Source: a virus
Taxonomy: Duplodnaviria > Heunggongvirae > Uroviricota > Caudoviricetes
DNA: 55,908 nt
Virus record (IMG/VR): IMGVR_UViG_3300037424_001372
Location: 268,837 to 324,744 of that record
Reading direction: 5' to 3' (one strand)
The position numbers and the translations under genes are program-made. The notes beneath the pieces were generated by a model. It worked only from the letters and a program-made list of their open reading frames with translations, made no database searches and was not told the origin of the DNA. Positions 11,013-21,109 of the stretch are shown here, in pieces; positions within the stretch are counted from its first letter, which is position 1, and each line of letters begins with the position of its first letter.

Positions 11013-11702
11013 TCACATGCCATGTACATCTTTAACTTCAATCAATTCACCAATCGAAATTTTATTCTCGGTTTCATTCATTTGTTCATTAAAATTTTCT
11101 CTCATATTATATGCTTGATGTTCTGTTTTGGCAATAAATGATTTTGTTGTTGTAATCAAATCCATTGAATCAATACCTTTTTTCTTACGTTTGGGATATT
11201 TAGCCCAATCGTAGGCTTTAAAAATATATTCTTTGTTTGGAACATTTTCCATTGAACAATATTTTAACAATTGATGGTGAATATCACCATTTTCACACCA
11301 CTCACCCTCAAGTTCAATTGCTTCATTATGCTTAATTTTTTCACCACCAAATGATGTTGAATCATATGGTTTTATATAATCAAGTAAACCTACATTAATG
11401 TAACCACAGCCCCAATCATTATTATAATGACACTTAGTAATACTAACATATTGTTTATATGTAACACCTAAATCAGATACTCTATAAATGATTAAATATT
11501 TACTCTTCAACCATTTATTAATGGTTCGATGAACAAATACTTCTCTAGTACATGGAGTGTGATTTGATTCTTTGGTGTAGATTGTTTGATAATCTTTCCA
11601 AGGATAATTTGAATTATCAATTGGAATTGAACCACTTAATTTTTCAAGAATATTGAAGAATTTCTTAACTTGCTTAACGGGGAATAATTTAGTAGTCGTC
11701 AT
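11013..11702 (-). CDS. hypothetical protein
   Basis: 229-aa ORF behind the promoter motif at 11724-11749. Confidence 0.8.
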   Translation of the reverse strand: MTTTKLFPVKQVKKFFNILEKLSGSIPIDNSNYPWKDYQTIYTKESNHTPCTREVFVHRTINKWLKSKYLIIYRVSDLGVTYKQYVSITKCHYNNDWGCGYINVGLLDYIKPYDSTSFGGEKIKHNEAIELEGEWCENGDIHHQLLKYCSMENVPNKEYIFKAYDWAKYPKRKKKGIDSMDLITTTKSFIAKTEHQAYNMRENFNEQMNETENKISIGELIEVKDVHGM

Positions 11703-11723
11703 GATATTATAGTTTTAATATTA

Positions 11724-11749
11724 TACGAAGTTAATTAAAAAAAGTTACA
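11724..11749 (-). promoter_or_regulatory. phage promoter motif
   Basis: TACGAA-N14-GTTACA. Confidence 0.8.
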
Positions 11750-11943
11750 ACATTAATCCTAGTTCAACATTTAATTCACTAAAAACAATATCATGTATTT
11801 CTCTATGACAAAAGGCATAATTAGGTTCTAACTCCCAATAATCTAATTCACCTAAAAACATTTTAAATAAATCATCATCAAAAATATTAAGATTATCATA
11901 AATATTATTCGACATTGTTTTTAATTTAAGATTGATTAAAAAA

Positions 11944-12297
11944 TCACTTTAAGAACGATTCTTCTAAATCATACTTCTTAATTAATTCCCTTAAGTTATC
12001 AAGACCGACAAAAATATATAGAAAATAATCAGGACTTTTTAGTGTTGAATAACCAATCTCACCATATTTTTCATTTTCATATTGAATGCTTCTGTCAATA
12101 CAAACATTATGATTGCGAATTGAAACGCCATTCAACATATCTTGAATGGTTTTAGTGACACAACGTTCTCTACTAATACTTTTGTTAATATCTAAAATAT
12201 CGATATGAGTATTGTATGATAAGAAAATCGCATCCTTAAAAAATGACCTTAATTGTGTTTCATCAAGTTTTGATAATTTATAAAATCCTGTTCCCAT
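11944..12297 (-). CDS. hypothetical protein
   Basis: ORF behind the promoter motif at 12320-12345. Confidence 0.75.
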   Translation of the reverse strand: MGTGFYKLSKLDETQLRSFFKDAIFLSYNTHIDILDINKSISRERCVTKTIQDMLNGVSIRNHNVCIDRSIQYENEKYGEIGYSTLKSPDYFLYIFVGLDNLRELIKKYDLEESFLK

Positions 12298-12360
12298 AAC
12301 ATTTGGTTTTTATTTTACATACGAAAATACTTTGAAAGTGTTACATATTATCTCTAAAAT

Positions 12361-12573
12361 TTAATTAAAAATTGATTCATTAATTACCATATCTAATTCA
12401 CCAATTATTTCATTCGATAATTCTTCATATAAATCTAACCTAATTTCATATTGTAATTCCACATCGAAATTTATATTAATCACACGATATAACAAATATG
12501 GGGTTAATAAATCGCTATTGAATTCAGCATGTAAGCTTGTTGCTAAATTATTTAAATTTCTTAAATTAAACAT
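12361..12573 (-). CDS. small acidic protein
   Basis: L/N/D/E-rich 70-aa ORF. Confidence 0.55.
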   Translation of the reverse strand: MFNLRNLNNLATSLHAEFNSDLLTPYLLYRVININFDVELQYEIRLDLYEELSNEIIGELDMVINESIFN

Positions 12574-12744
12574 GAATTTAATTTTAATTAAAACCCAATC
12601 ATTTCACTAACCTCACCAATCACCATATATTGTAAAAGTTATATTCCCCACTGGGTTGCCACAGTCTTTGCAAACGTTACACACATACAATCACAAATGA
12701 TATTAATAATGTTACAACCTATGACATTTACGATATTATGGACG

Positions 12745-13044
12745 TTAATTAATTAATTTTAAAAACTCTTCGACTGATAATTCTGATTGAAATTCTTTGG
12801 GAAGTAATGAATTAGTTTCTGTCCCAAGAAATTCATTGTTATCAGACCAATTGACTTTAAGTTCTTCAACATACTGACCATTATCGTTCTGATTGACTAA
12901 TGTTTTGATTTGATAACCATTTGAGTATTTAAGACAAAGATTTTTCTCATCAAAATTGAAGAATAGATAATTAACATCACCATAATTTTCGACACGGTGA
13001 TTTTTAAATGTAGTTTTTAGATTTTCAATTAATTGTTTTGACAT
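12745..13044 (-). CDS. hypothetical protein
   Basis: Intact ORF; stop codon in a GTTA core. Confidence 0.7.
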   Translation of the reverse strand: MSKQLIENLKTTFKNHRVENYGDVNYLFFNFDEKNLCLKYSNGYQIKTLVNQNDNGQYVEELKVNWSDNNEFLGTETNSLLPKEFQSELSVEEFLKLIN

Positions 13045-13095
13045 AATTTTATAGTTTATTTGTTATTAATCCCTTAATGGTCTTATACTCGACCG

Positions 13096-13392
13096 TTATG
13101 CCTCATTCAAAGGCAACCAAATATCGTCATCTACATAGCATTTAGCCCAACCAGCAAGTTCATTGTATTTTTTAACATATTGCTCTGCGGTTGCCCTATT
13201 TACACAAACAACATCATCGTGTTCATTATCGCGCCATCTAACGATCCCATAAGAACGAGTCATATTAAATAAATCCAATAGCTGGTCTTGTGCTTCACTT
13301 ACAGCTATTCGTCCTCTATTAAGGTTCATTAGTATTTCATGCATTTGTTCTTCCATATCGCCACTGTGTTTATTATTTACGTTAGCAAACAT
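13096..13392 (-). CDS. hypothetical protein (cassette-like gene)
   Basis: Stop codon in CCGTTATGCC; true start may be downstream (MEEQMHE). Confidence 0.65.
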   Translation of the reverse strand: MFANVNNKHSGDMEEQMHEILMNLNRGRIAVSEAQDQLLDLFNMTRSYGIVRWRDNEHDDVVCVNRATAEQYVKKYNELAGWAKCYVDDDIWLPLNEA

Positions 13393-13625
13393 TAAGAAAA
13401 CGGGTCACCAATAACCGACTTTCTAATTCTAATCTTCCTTAATGCATCATGTATATCCATTTCAATCAAACCGAATGATTTTTCTCCTAATAAGATTGAT
13501 GATTCCAATGTATCTGGAACTAATGCCATTGGTTTGTAAATAACTTGTACACCCATTTCTTGAAGTTCTTTAATAACTTCTTCATTTGATTTTAAATCTT
13601 CGTTGTTTAAATTGTGTAGTATCAT
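13392..13625 (-). CDS. hypothetical protein (cassette gene)
   Basis: Inside unit GTTAGCAAAC(13381)...GTTTGCTAAC(13645). Confidence 0.7.
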   Translation of the reverse strand: MILHNLNNEDLKSNEEVIKELQEMGVQVIYKPMALVPDTLESSILLGEKSFGLIEMDIHDALRKIRIRKSVIGDPFS

Positions 13626-13638
13626 AATAATTAACGTT

Positions 13639-13729
13639 TGCTAACTGGGTATATAAGCTATACCCTGTTAAGATTCATACTAATTTGATAATTCAGTGCT
13701 AGGTACGGCTCATATACCCACCGTTATAC
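13639..13729 (+). repeat. attC-like recombination site
   Basis: GCTAAC-t-GGGTATATAAGCTATACCCT ... AGGTACGGCTCATATACCC-acc-GTTATAC. Confidence 0.8.
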
Positions 13730-13736
13730 ACAATGT

Positions 13737-13943
13737 TTATTCTTCCTTTGGCTCATAAACCACTTCAAAATATTTTAAAAACCACTCTTCGTCATTATTA
13801 AATGTGTACCATTTACCATCGCCAAAGAAAATAGCAAATGTTTTCATTTCTGGTAAATACGCAGTTATAATTCCACCATCACCCTTTTTAACTATATCAC
13901 CAATATTTTCTTTGGCTATTGCTGTACCATGATATATTTCCAT
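13737..13943 (-). CDS. hypothetical protein (cassette gene)
   Basis: Inside unit GTTATACACA(13723)...TGTGTATAAC(13990). Confidence 0.7.
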   Translation of the reverse strand: MEIYHGTAIAKENIGDIVKKGDGGIITAYLPEMKTFAIFFGDGKWYTFNNDEEWFLKYFEVVYEPKEE

Positions 13944-13983
13944 ACTTTTAATGTTTTTAAAAAATTTTTACACAAAACACTGT

Positions 13984-14102
13984 GTATAACAACAAATATA
14001 AAACATTTTATTCGTTTTTCAAAATAAAGTTTATACTAATTGTTAAATTATTTTTTTATTTAAGTTTCGTGTAAAAACGTTTCATATTTGCAACCGTTAT
14101 AT
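13984..14102 (+). repeat. attC-like recombination site
   Basis: GTATAAC-aa-CAAATATAAAAC ... GTTTCATATTTG-caacc-GTTATAT. Confidence 0.8.
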
Positions 14103-14108
14103 GCAACC

Positions 14109-14570
14109 TTAAAGAACATCCTGCAAGTATTGTCCAGAATCTAAAACAATATGCTTGCAATATTTTTGTTCTTTAAGTTCATTAATCCATATATGCCAAT
14201 GCTTCATAAATGTACCTATAATGTCATAATGACTATCTCGCTCAATATATCTATCCAAATACTCATTTCTACATTCGTTTTTGGGATAAACAAGAGTTAT
14301 TTCAAATCCTTCATCATGTAACAATTTCATACCATCTGGTTCGGTTGCAATAAAAATATAATCTACTTTACCGAATTGCGTTTTCACATCTTCAATATAT
14401 TCTTTGAACAAACCCTTTTCTTTATACTTCCAATATTCTACTTCAACAGCTTTAATGTCAGTGTTGTTGCAAATATATGTCTTACCAGCACCACAAAAGG
14501 CAGCACATAACAACGTGTTATACGTTATAGCCGTTTCAGTGGTAATTTGTAAGTTCGGTTCTTCGTTCAT
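14109..14570 (-). CDS. P-loop NTPase/kinase-like protein (cassette gene)
   Basis: Walker A-like AFCGAGKT; N-terminus encoded within the attC. Confidence 0.65.
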   Translation of the reverse strand: MNEEPNLQITTETAITYNTLLCAAFCGAGKTYICNNTDIKAVEVEYWKYKEKGLFKEYIEDVKTQFGKVDYIFIATEPDGMKLLHDEGFEITLVYPKNECRNEYLDRYIERDSHYDIIGTFMKHWHIWINELKEQKYCKHIVLDSGQYLQDVL

Positions 14571-14636
14571 ATTTTTGTATTTAATGATAAATTTGTTCTC
14601 GTAATCGGCTATAACGCATACACGCAGCCGTTATCG
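14505..14636 (+). repeat. attC-like recombination site
   Basis: ACATAAC-aa-CGTGTTATACGTTATAGCCG ... CGGCTATAACGCATACACG-cagcc-GTTATCG; one extra unpaired T in the left arm. Confidence 0.85.
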
Positions 14637-14642
14637 TCAACC

Positions 14643-14972
14643 TTAACCGACACTATCCAAATCCTTTCCTTTGACCGCTTTATAAATTTCAATAATATCT
14701 TTTTGCTCTTTTATCCAGCGAAAGGCAACTGCGTAATACTTTCCATAACTCATTTCACCACAACCAACAAGGAAATCATTTTCGTTCCATTCAGTTACTG
14801 GAGTGTTGAAAAACAGTATTACTCCCTCCTTTACAAAGTAATTCATTTTAAAATTTTCAAACGGACTTTGACTTTCCTCTACCAATTTGAAGCCCTTACT
14901 AAGAAGAAATGCTGCCGATAACACGCCATATACTCCATTGGCGGGTTCGTGGGTATCCTTAGTTTCTGTCAT
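14643..14972 (-). CDS. hypothetical protein (cassette gene)
   Basis: Unit GTTATCGTCA(14630)...TGCCGATAAC(14922). Confidence 0.7.
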   Translation of the reverse strand: MTETKDTHEPANGVYGVLSAAFLLSKGFKLVEESQSPFENFKMNYFVKEGVILFFNTPVTEWNENDFLVGCGEMSYGKYYAVAFRWIKEQKDIIEIYKAVKGKDLDSVG

Positions 14973-15025
14973 TTTATTAAGTGTTTATTTGTTAGTGTTC
15001 CAAAACCACCACCTATTTTTTATAA

Positions 15026-15472
15026 TCAAAGAGATTTACGCATCCAAATAGCATTTGGTTCAGTTTTATGTTTGACCCAATCTTGATAACCACGTCTCTT
15101 ATACCATTCGTGCATCCAAGTACCGTTTTCAACCCACAAACATGATTTTGTAAACTTCATTTGGCGGCCAATTTCTTCTCTCAGTTCTTGCAATAAAGTT
15201 CCTAATCCGTTATTTCGCGCAGATTCTTTCACACTTAGCCAATCTAAGTAAATAGTTTCCGAATCATCTTTGTAGTAATAAACGCGACCAAATGCCAGCC
15301 CCGTTTCTTCCATTATCAAAAATGAATCTTGATTTGACTCTTTTTTAATATGAGTAATAAAACGGTGGTTAACACTATGTAGCCCCAATTTGGTGACAGT
15401 GATCGTTCCTTGGTTCGTAATTTCTTGTTTCATTTTCGCATAATGTATAAAATATAGGCGTAGCTTTTGCAA
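15026..15472 (-). CDS. GNAT-family N-acetyltransferase
   Basis: YLDWLSVKESARNNGLGTLL (motif A) and WYKRRGY; true start may be MKQEIT. Confidence 0.85.
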   Translation of the reverse strand: MQKLRLYFIHYAKMKQEITNQGTITVTKLGLHSVNHRFITHIKKESNQDSFLIMEETGLAFGRVYYYKDDSETIYLDWLSVKESARNNGLGTLLQELREEIGRQMKFTKSCLWVENGTWMHEWYKRRGYQDWVKHKTEPNAIWMRKSL

Positions 15473-15545
15473 GCACAGTTTTCACATTACCAACGTTATG
15501 GGTAAGCATATCGACACTCGACACGCCTACCCATTTGACAAAATT

Positions 15546-15788
15546 TTATAACTTTGAAAATAATTCGTTTTGTAATTCCTCTTTTGTTGCAAAAACTTTA
15601 TCTTCATCAATTGCTGAATAGCTTCCAGTCGAATAAACAACAGCTACGTTATTTTCTAACCCAGTACGTTTAAAAGATGAGTCCGAGAATTCGCCAATTA
15701 CAAAAGCAATTCCTTTAATTATGCCTTTTGTTGGCTCACTGTAATTCATGTAAAAAATTTCGTCCCCGATTTTAAATTTCGATTTCAT
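15546..15788 (-). CDS. hypothetical protein
   Basis: MKSKFKIGDEIF...VFATKEEL, SH3-like small phage protein pattern. Confidence 0.7.
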   Translation of the reverse strand: MKSKFKIGDEIFYMNYSEPTKGIIKGIAFVIGEFSDSSFKRTGLENNVAVVYSTGSYSAIDEDKVFATKEELQNELFSKL

Positions 15789-15830
15789 AATTTTGATTTT
15801 AAATTGTTAATATATTAGTAAATGTTATAA

Positions 15831-16055
15831 CTATATAATGCACTCATCGAGAGTAATTTCAAAAAGAACCATTGCATACTCCTTGTTTTTAAATGCAGAA
15901 CTAAAGCATCCTACATGGAATCTTATATCTAAGTCCGGGGAGTATAAAATGCAATGAATTGGAGGCAAGCTGCATGACTGACCTCTTGTTTTACAATTCA
16001 CAGGCTCCCAAATTATATTTTTGCGAATAATATTTTTCGTAGCATCTAACTCCAT
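15831..16055 (-). CDS. hypothetical protein
   Basis: Co-directional ORF. Confidence 0.55.
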   Translation of the reverse strand: MELDATKNIIRKNIIWEPVNCKTRGQSCSLPPIHCILYSPDLDIRFHVGCFSSAFKNKEYAMVLFEITLDECII

Positions 16056-16273
16056 TTTGTAAATATTGGTTTATTCAACACATCCAATTGGTCGACTGTA
16101 ACATATCCACCACATTTATTACATATTATGCTTAAATCTTCTGGTGGTATTTTATTTGTGTCGGTTGACCATTTGTTTCCACAAGAGCAATAACTACGCC
16201 TAACAAGAGCAAGCATATTCAATTGCGATTTCGTTTCAGTGGTGTCAATGTTGTTTGTTATATCTATTTTCAT
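16046..16273 (-). CDS. Zn-ribbon hypothetical protein
   Basis: CSCG...CNKCGG; N-terminus overlaps an attC arm (GCCTAAC at 16198). Confidence 0.6.
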   Translation of the reverse strand: MKIDITNNIDTTETKSQLNMLALVRRSYCSCGNKWSTDTNKIPPEDLSIICNKCGGYVTVDQLDVLNKPIFTKWS

Positions 16274-16331
16274 TCATGTAAATTAATGAGTTTGTAATTT
16301 CTATTCCGATAATGGCTTATACACAACCTCG

Positions 16332-16580
16332 TTAATTACATGGCTCGGCTAACCAACCTTTTGAAGCCGACCAAACGACCCAACTACCATAAGCCACGTG
16401 CATACCGCCAAAACATTTAGCAACCTGAACCGACCACGTGAAATTTTCACCAGTCAATATAGTTCCTGTTCCAAAATGCCTAAATCTATTACCTAAATGT
16501 TTTTTTGCTCGTTCAAGAACAAAAGCCTTGCAACCAACACGTGTTATAGTTAATTGTGGTAGCATCTTTAATTTGTTCAT
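16332..16580 (-). CDS. hypothetical protein
   Basis: Likely start MNKLKM; stop codon in a GTTA core. Confidence 0.6.
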   Translation of the reverse strand: MNKLKMLPQLTITRVGCKAFVLERAKKHLGNRFRHFGTGTILTGENFTWSVQVAKCFGGMHVAYGSWVVWSASKGWLAEPCN

Positions 16581-16593
16581 TTTTAGCGGTAAT

Positions 16594-16956
16594 TTAAAAA
16601 AACAACCTCGAAAGGTAACCATCGATCAATTCTTCACCAACGACACTAACCATATTCTCCGATTTTAATTTTAAAACTAAGTTTTTGAGTTCTTGGTGTT
16701 CTTCTTCAAATTGACATTTCATAAATTCAGCATTATCACAACGATGTGACCACAAATCAGGCATTAAATTGAGAAGGTCACAAAACTTCTGACAATCATC
16801 TTCATCTACTTCATCACCACATGTTTGAAGTATATCATTATTGCTAATAAACTGAACATTTGAATCATAATCACCAGTATCTGCAAGGGCATGCGTTTCC
16901 ACCTTAAAAGACCATTTATTTATTGACATATTGTTGAAAATTAGTTTGTTAAACAA
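16594..16956 (-). CDS. hypothetical protein
   Basis: Intact ORF; likely start MSINKW. Confidence 0.65.
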   Translation of the reverse strand: MFNKLIFNNMSINKWSFKVETHALADTGDYDSNVQFISNNDILQTCGDEVDEDDCQKFCDLLNLMPDLWSHRCDNAEFMKCQFEEEHQELKNLVLKLKSENMVSVVGEELIDGYLSRLFF

Positions 16957-16971
16957 ATAAAATACCTACAG

Positions 16972-17190
16972 CTAACATTTGTAGATAGGTTCGATTTCTC
17001 TACTAGTTAATGACATCCAATGATTATGTCCAAGTTTCCATTTTAATAATATTTTAAATTTAACACTCAATAAATAACTTGTGATGACAAAGTGTGGCAC
17101 CCAATAAGGGTTTCGTTTTTTAGCCAATAAACATGTTGAATTTACCTTTATATTCATCCAATCTGTTCTCTTATTACGGAAGTTTTCCAA
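16972..17190 (-). CDS. hypothetical protein
   Basis: Co-directional ORF. Confidence 0.5.
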   Translation of the reverse strand: MENFRNKRTDWMNIKVNSTCLLAKKRNPYWVPHFVITSYLLSVKFKILLKWKLGHNHWMSLTSREIEPIYKC

Positions 17191-17587
17191 TCACAGTTAT
17201 TTGATTAGGATAAAACGCAACAACATTTTCATCCAATATCACACCATCATATCCTTCTTCAATTAATCGATTTTTTAATTTTAAATCAATATAATTATAT
17301 GAATAATCATATCCATTATCATCTTTAATTGTGTCACCATCAGTGTTTCTAAATTTACCATCATCAGTATCTGATAAATCATATGGGTTTTTTAATTTAA
17401 AATTAATTTTAAATACATTCACTCCATATGTGTTTGCAAAACCATAATCCTTTGTACCATAAAAAACAGTATCTTCGTCAAATAGAATTTCATCATTATT
17501 TGTGCCGTGTAAATAAAAATCGTTTACCACTCTATTTTCATTAAGATATTCTCTTATGGTTGTCGCAATAATTTTTCTTAATTCCAT
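17174..17587 (-). CDS. ADP-ribosyltransferase-like (ART-PolyVal-like) protein
   Basis: YLHGT, FYGT...FANTYG, LKNPYDL and EGYDGVI...VVAFYPNQI motifs. Confidence 0.6.
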   Translation of the reverse strand: MELRKIIATTIREYLNENRVVNDFYLHGTNNDEILFDEDTVFYGTKDYGFANTYGVNVFKINFKLKNPYDLSDTDDGKFRNTDGDTIKDDNGYDYSYNYIDLKLKNRLIEEGYDGVILDENVVAFYPNQITVIGKLP

Positions 17588-17654
17588 TTGCGTTATATTT
17601 ATATATAAATATTCATAAATTAAAATTTATATCAATTATAGGTATCAACATCAC

Positions 17655-17909
17655 TCATAATACTCCCCATGATGCACCACAAGGAGTTGTACCATAACCA
17701 CATTCTCTTAATTGTGTTGCTATCCATTCAGCAAGTTCATCATTACTCATTTTTTGTAACATATCGTTTGATTTAATAATCAAACCAATCTCAAACATAA
17801 TATCGATTAATTTCTGTTCAGATTGTTTTTTAGACAGAATTAAACTATCAACTTTTTTCTCAATTGATTGTGATAATTCTAATATTTTTTCTACTTCTAA
17901 TGGACTCAT
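17655..17909 (-). CDS. hypothetical protein
   Basis: Intact ORF ending GYGTTPCGASWGVL. Confidence 0.75.
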   Translation of the reverse strand: MSPLEVEKILELSQSIEKKVDSLILSKKQSEQKLIDIMFEIGLIIKSNDMLQKMSNDELAEWIATQLRECGYGTTPCGASWGVL

Positions 17910-18257
17910 AATATTAAATTTTAATTAAATAATTCACTGTTAATTGATAATCTTAAATCATATTCTAATTCTTTCATTAGTTCAAATTGTAATAAGGAAA
18001 TTGAATAGAATAATGTTTTTTCCAATTTTTCATATAAAACATCGTCATAATTATTCAATACTTTAAATGGTAATATATCACCACTATCAGGTAAAAGCAT
18101 AAATTTAATTTTAATTAAAACCTAATCATTCCACTTGCTAAATATGTTGTGATTTTCTTTTGTTTTTATTTGTTCACAAATAATATTAATTTTCATTAAA
18201 TAATTCATCTTCTGGCAACAGTTTTATATTGCAGTTCGTTATGCTACTTTGCAACAA

Positions 18258-18446
18258 TTAGCACCAATATTGCACAATTATGTAATGTTGTGGTTCTCGG
18301 TACGTTTCTTTAACACGATATGCCGAATCAGGTGTTTCATAATCCTTGTCAACTATTTGGTAGCATGGCTCTGTTATCATCGAATTATTATCTTTCATTT
18401 CAGCAAGAATATTTACTATTCTTACAATCATATATCTTTCTTTCAT
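18258..18446 (-). CDS. hypothetical protein
   Basis: Co-directional ORF. Confidence 0.6.
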   Translation of the reverse strand: MKERYMIVRIVNILAEMKDNNSMITEPCYQIVDKDYETPDSAYRVKETYREPQHYIIVQYWC

Positions 18447-18573
18447 TTTGTAATTTATTAATGATAAAAAATACGAGTGTTAACAAACACAATCACATAA
18501 ATTGCTCAAATATTCATCAACTATTTTTACTGCATATTCGTACTTATGTTTTTCAGATAGAAATTTATGTTTG

Positions 18574-18858
18574 CTAATAACTGGCATAAATAACGCATGA
18601 ATTATCAGTTTTCGGAGCAATTCGAATTGATTTATCGTTACTCATATGCTGAATCTTCAAACTATCTTTATCAGAACGAATCATAAATCCACTCATTTTG
18701 ATAGTTGAGAAGTTATTATCATTATCTTCAGTCCAAAGAAGTTCACCATTTTCAGAATCAATGAGTTCGTAATGACTGAACTCTCCATTGTCCGTAAACT
18801 TTTCAATTATTAAAGGTTTCATATATTTATCGATTTTATTAATGTTAATTACATTCAC
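18574..18858 (-). CDS. hypothetical protein
   Basis: Co-directional ORF. Confidence 0.6.
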   Translation of the reverse strand: MNVININKIDKYMKPLIIEKFTDNGEFSHYELIDSENGELLWTEDNDNNFSTIKMSGFMIRSDKDSLKIQHMSNDKSIRIAPKTDNSCVIYASY

Positions 18859-18864
18859 AACAGT

Positions 18865-19548
18865 TTATGCACCATAAAAAGATGGCACATAACCACCTTG
18901 ATAGCATCCGACAATCGGGACCATATTATCTCCTTTAATATCAACTCCATCAATAGATGAAATCGATTTATACCAAGTTTTTTCAAATTGTTTGTCGATT
19001 TTTGACAATTCAACCAATAAATGAAATCCTCCGCGGGTTTGTAAAAAATGTAAACAATCCTCATTAATATGTTCAATTGCTTTATTTCTTACAACTTCCA
19101 ACTCCACACCATCAAAATCAATATCAAAAAACACTTTTCTACTGCAAGCCTTTTGTATTTCTGATAACATTTCTTGGTGTGGGTTATAACCACCATAAGG
19201 TTTCGTAATTAACTCAGCAAGTTTAATTAAGCCATTCTTTGCAGCTTTTTCATAACTTCTTGGGTTTGGGTTAATATAAATTGCAAGTGCTTCTTGTGGT
19301 ATTGGGTTATGTTTTTGATGATAATTCCCAACTTCGCACTCTAATTGTTGTATTTTTTCAAACAAAAACTCTTTAGTTGATGTGAATCGTTTTAATTGTT
19401 GTTTATCTGAACTAATATGAACAATATCTTTACAATATTTTGACCGTGCAAAGAGACAACAATAATATGCCTCGCCATTTTGCAATTCAGGGAGCCAATC
19501 AATAAATTTCAGCAACTTTTCTTTATCTTTTATAATTTGATAATTCAT
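18865..19548 (-). CDS. AEP/primase-polymerase-like protein
   Basis: FDIDFD (motif I) and [10 protein letters not shown] (motif II). Confidence 0.55.
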   Translation of the reverse strand: MNYQIIKDKEKLLKFIDWLPELQNGEAYYCCLFARSKYCKDIVHISSDKQQLKRFTSTKEFLFEKIQQLECEVGNYHQKHNPIPQEALAIYINPNPRSYEKAAKNGLIKLAELITKPYGGYNPHQEMLSEIQKACSRKVFFDIDFDGVELEVVRNKAIEHINEDCLHFLQTRGGFHLLVELSKIDKQFEKTWYKSISSIDGVDIKGDNMVPIVGCYQGGYVPSFYGA

Positions 19549-19733
19549 TATATTGTTTTTAAAATATTTTCATACTCATTAAACCTATGTTCTCTAATTG
19601 GTCTTGTTTTAGGTTCGGTTTCAAAATACAATAACAAACATGGTGAAATGTTTTTATATTTCTCCACATATTCAAAACGAATTAATTCACGATTCTTAAT
19701 ACGTTCTTTGATTTTATTGTGATATGGATACAT
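19548..19733 (-). CDS. hypothetical protein
   Basis: Coupled ORF (1-nt overlap). Confidence 0.7.
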   Translation of the reverse strand: MYPYHNKIKERIKNRELIRFEYVEKYKNISPCLLLYFETEPKTRPIREHRFNEYENILKTI

Positions 19734-19743
19734 TGATTTTTAA

Positions 19744-20166
19744 TTATAATCTAGTCTCTAAAAGTTTTTTGGTTGACTCAAATAAATCAACCATTTTCAA
19801 ATATTGCTCTTTGGTGATTTTATTCGTTTTGGTGTGAGAATCGATGGTAAACCACAAATCATTTAACTTACGATTTTTATCAATTGTAATCATGATTTTA
19901 TCATCATTACCAATATAAGTATTAATACTAAGACCTATAATTGAATTAAGATAAATTGAAGTAATTTCAACATAAGAAATTGATGTGTCATTGAAATTGA
20001 TTTTATAATACTTGTGGTCAAGAATTTCTTTAAGAAGTTTCTGATGACTATCTTCTTTTAATTTATCATTAGCCAATTTCTTAGCATGTAAATCAGATTC
20101 AATAGCAATGACATCATCAATGGATTTACCACGATATTTTTCTAAATATTTATGAATTTCGTTCAT
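19744..20166 (-). CDS. hypothetical protein
   Basis: Intact ORF downstream of the promoter motif at 20299-20324. Confidence 0.7.
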   Translation of the reverse strand: MNEIHKYLEKYRGKSIDDVIAIESDLHAKKLANDKLKEDSHQKLLKEILDHKYYKINFNDTSISYVEITSIYLNSIIGLSINTYIGNDDKIMITIDKNRKLNDLWFTIDSHTKTNKITKEQYLKMVDLFESTKKLLETRL

Positions 20167-20298
20167 AATTGTGAATTTAATTATAATTAATAATAAAATT
20201 GTAGCTGGTGTTCTTCTTTATCAATAATATGACTTCTCAATTTTTAGTGAGTAATTTACAACATTAACTACCAATCTTTTCATTGGTTTTTATTTTTA

Positions 20299-20324
20299 TA
20301 CGAAAATAAATTTAAATTGTTACA
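20299..20324 (-). promoter_or_regulatory. phage promoter motif
   Basis: TACGAA-N14-GTTACA; the only copy I found between 12.35 and 28.1 kb. Confidence 0.8.
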
Positions 20325-20473
20325 AAACAACATTATCAATAAACATATGACCAACTAGAATTTATAATTATTCAATTTTTCAAATTTCCCTAAACTAAAT
20401 TCGTCATTATTTTTCACAATCAATTAGTTAATTGACATTGTTGATATATAATAGATAGTTAGCAAACATAAAA

Positions 20474-20650
20474 TTATTCACGCTTACCTCGTATTTCAAT
20501 ATCCGCACCAATTAACTGTTCAGGGCATTCCGTATGGTAGCCTTGTAATCTTGCCCAAAAATCTCGTTTAATCATATTAAGTTCTTCATCAGTTAATTGA
20601 TGCTTTACTTTCACACTAATTTCGTATTTGTATTCAAAAATTTCATCCAT
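20474..20650 (-). CDS. hypothetical protein (cassette gene)
   Basis: Unit GTTAGCAAA(20458)...TTTGCTAAC(20669); likely start MDEIFEY. Confidence 0.65.
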   Translation of the reverse strand: MDEIFEYKYEISVKVKHQLTDEELNMIKRDFWARLQGYHTECPEQLIGADIEIRGKRE

Positions 20651-20662
20651 AATTTTACGATT

Positions 20663-20755
20663 TGCTAACAAGCAATATATGTTATTGCCTATTAAGGTTT
20701 ATACTAATTTTTAAGTTTCGTGCTTGGCAACTACATATATTGCCATCCGTTATGT
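20663..20755 (+). repeat. attC-like recombination site
   Basis: TGCTAAC-aa-GCAATATATGTTATTGCC ... GGCAACTACATATATTGC-catcc-GTTATGT; close paralogue of 48114-48206. Confidence 0.85.
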
Positions 20756-20767
20756 GTAAGGCTAAAA

Positions 20768-21109
20768 TTACAACTCTGAAACATAATCTTTCCACTCATC
20801 TTCAGTTCTACCTGTACCATATTTCAAAATCATATCTCTCTGTGTTTTTTCATCCAAACACGATTGATTTACTAAAATTGTATAATAATTCAATTTAGCT
20901 TTTTGTATTTGCCCAGAAATTGATTTTCGGTAATTTTCATTTCTTTCACATTGCCACAAATCTTTGTTCTACATATACCATTTTTCAATACCCATTAACA
21001 CTTCTTGTCTAAGACTTTCTGTGTTCATTTTATATTGGTATTTTGAATTTAGATGATCATCTAAACCATCCACCTTAACTGTCAATTCTTTTGGTTTTTC
21101 TATCCCCAT
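20768..21109 (-). pseudogene. cassette gene interrupted by an in-frame TAG
   Basis: MGIEKPKE...EKWYM*NKDLWQCER, TAG at 20969-20971; unit GTTATGTGT(20749)...ACACATAAC(21150). Confidence 0.6.
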
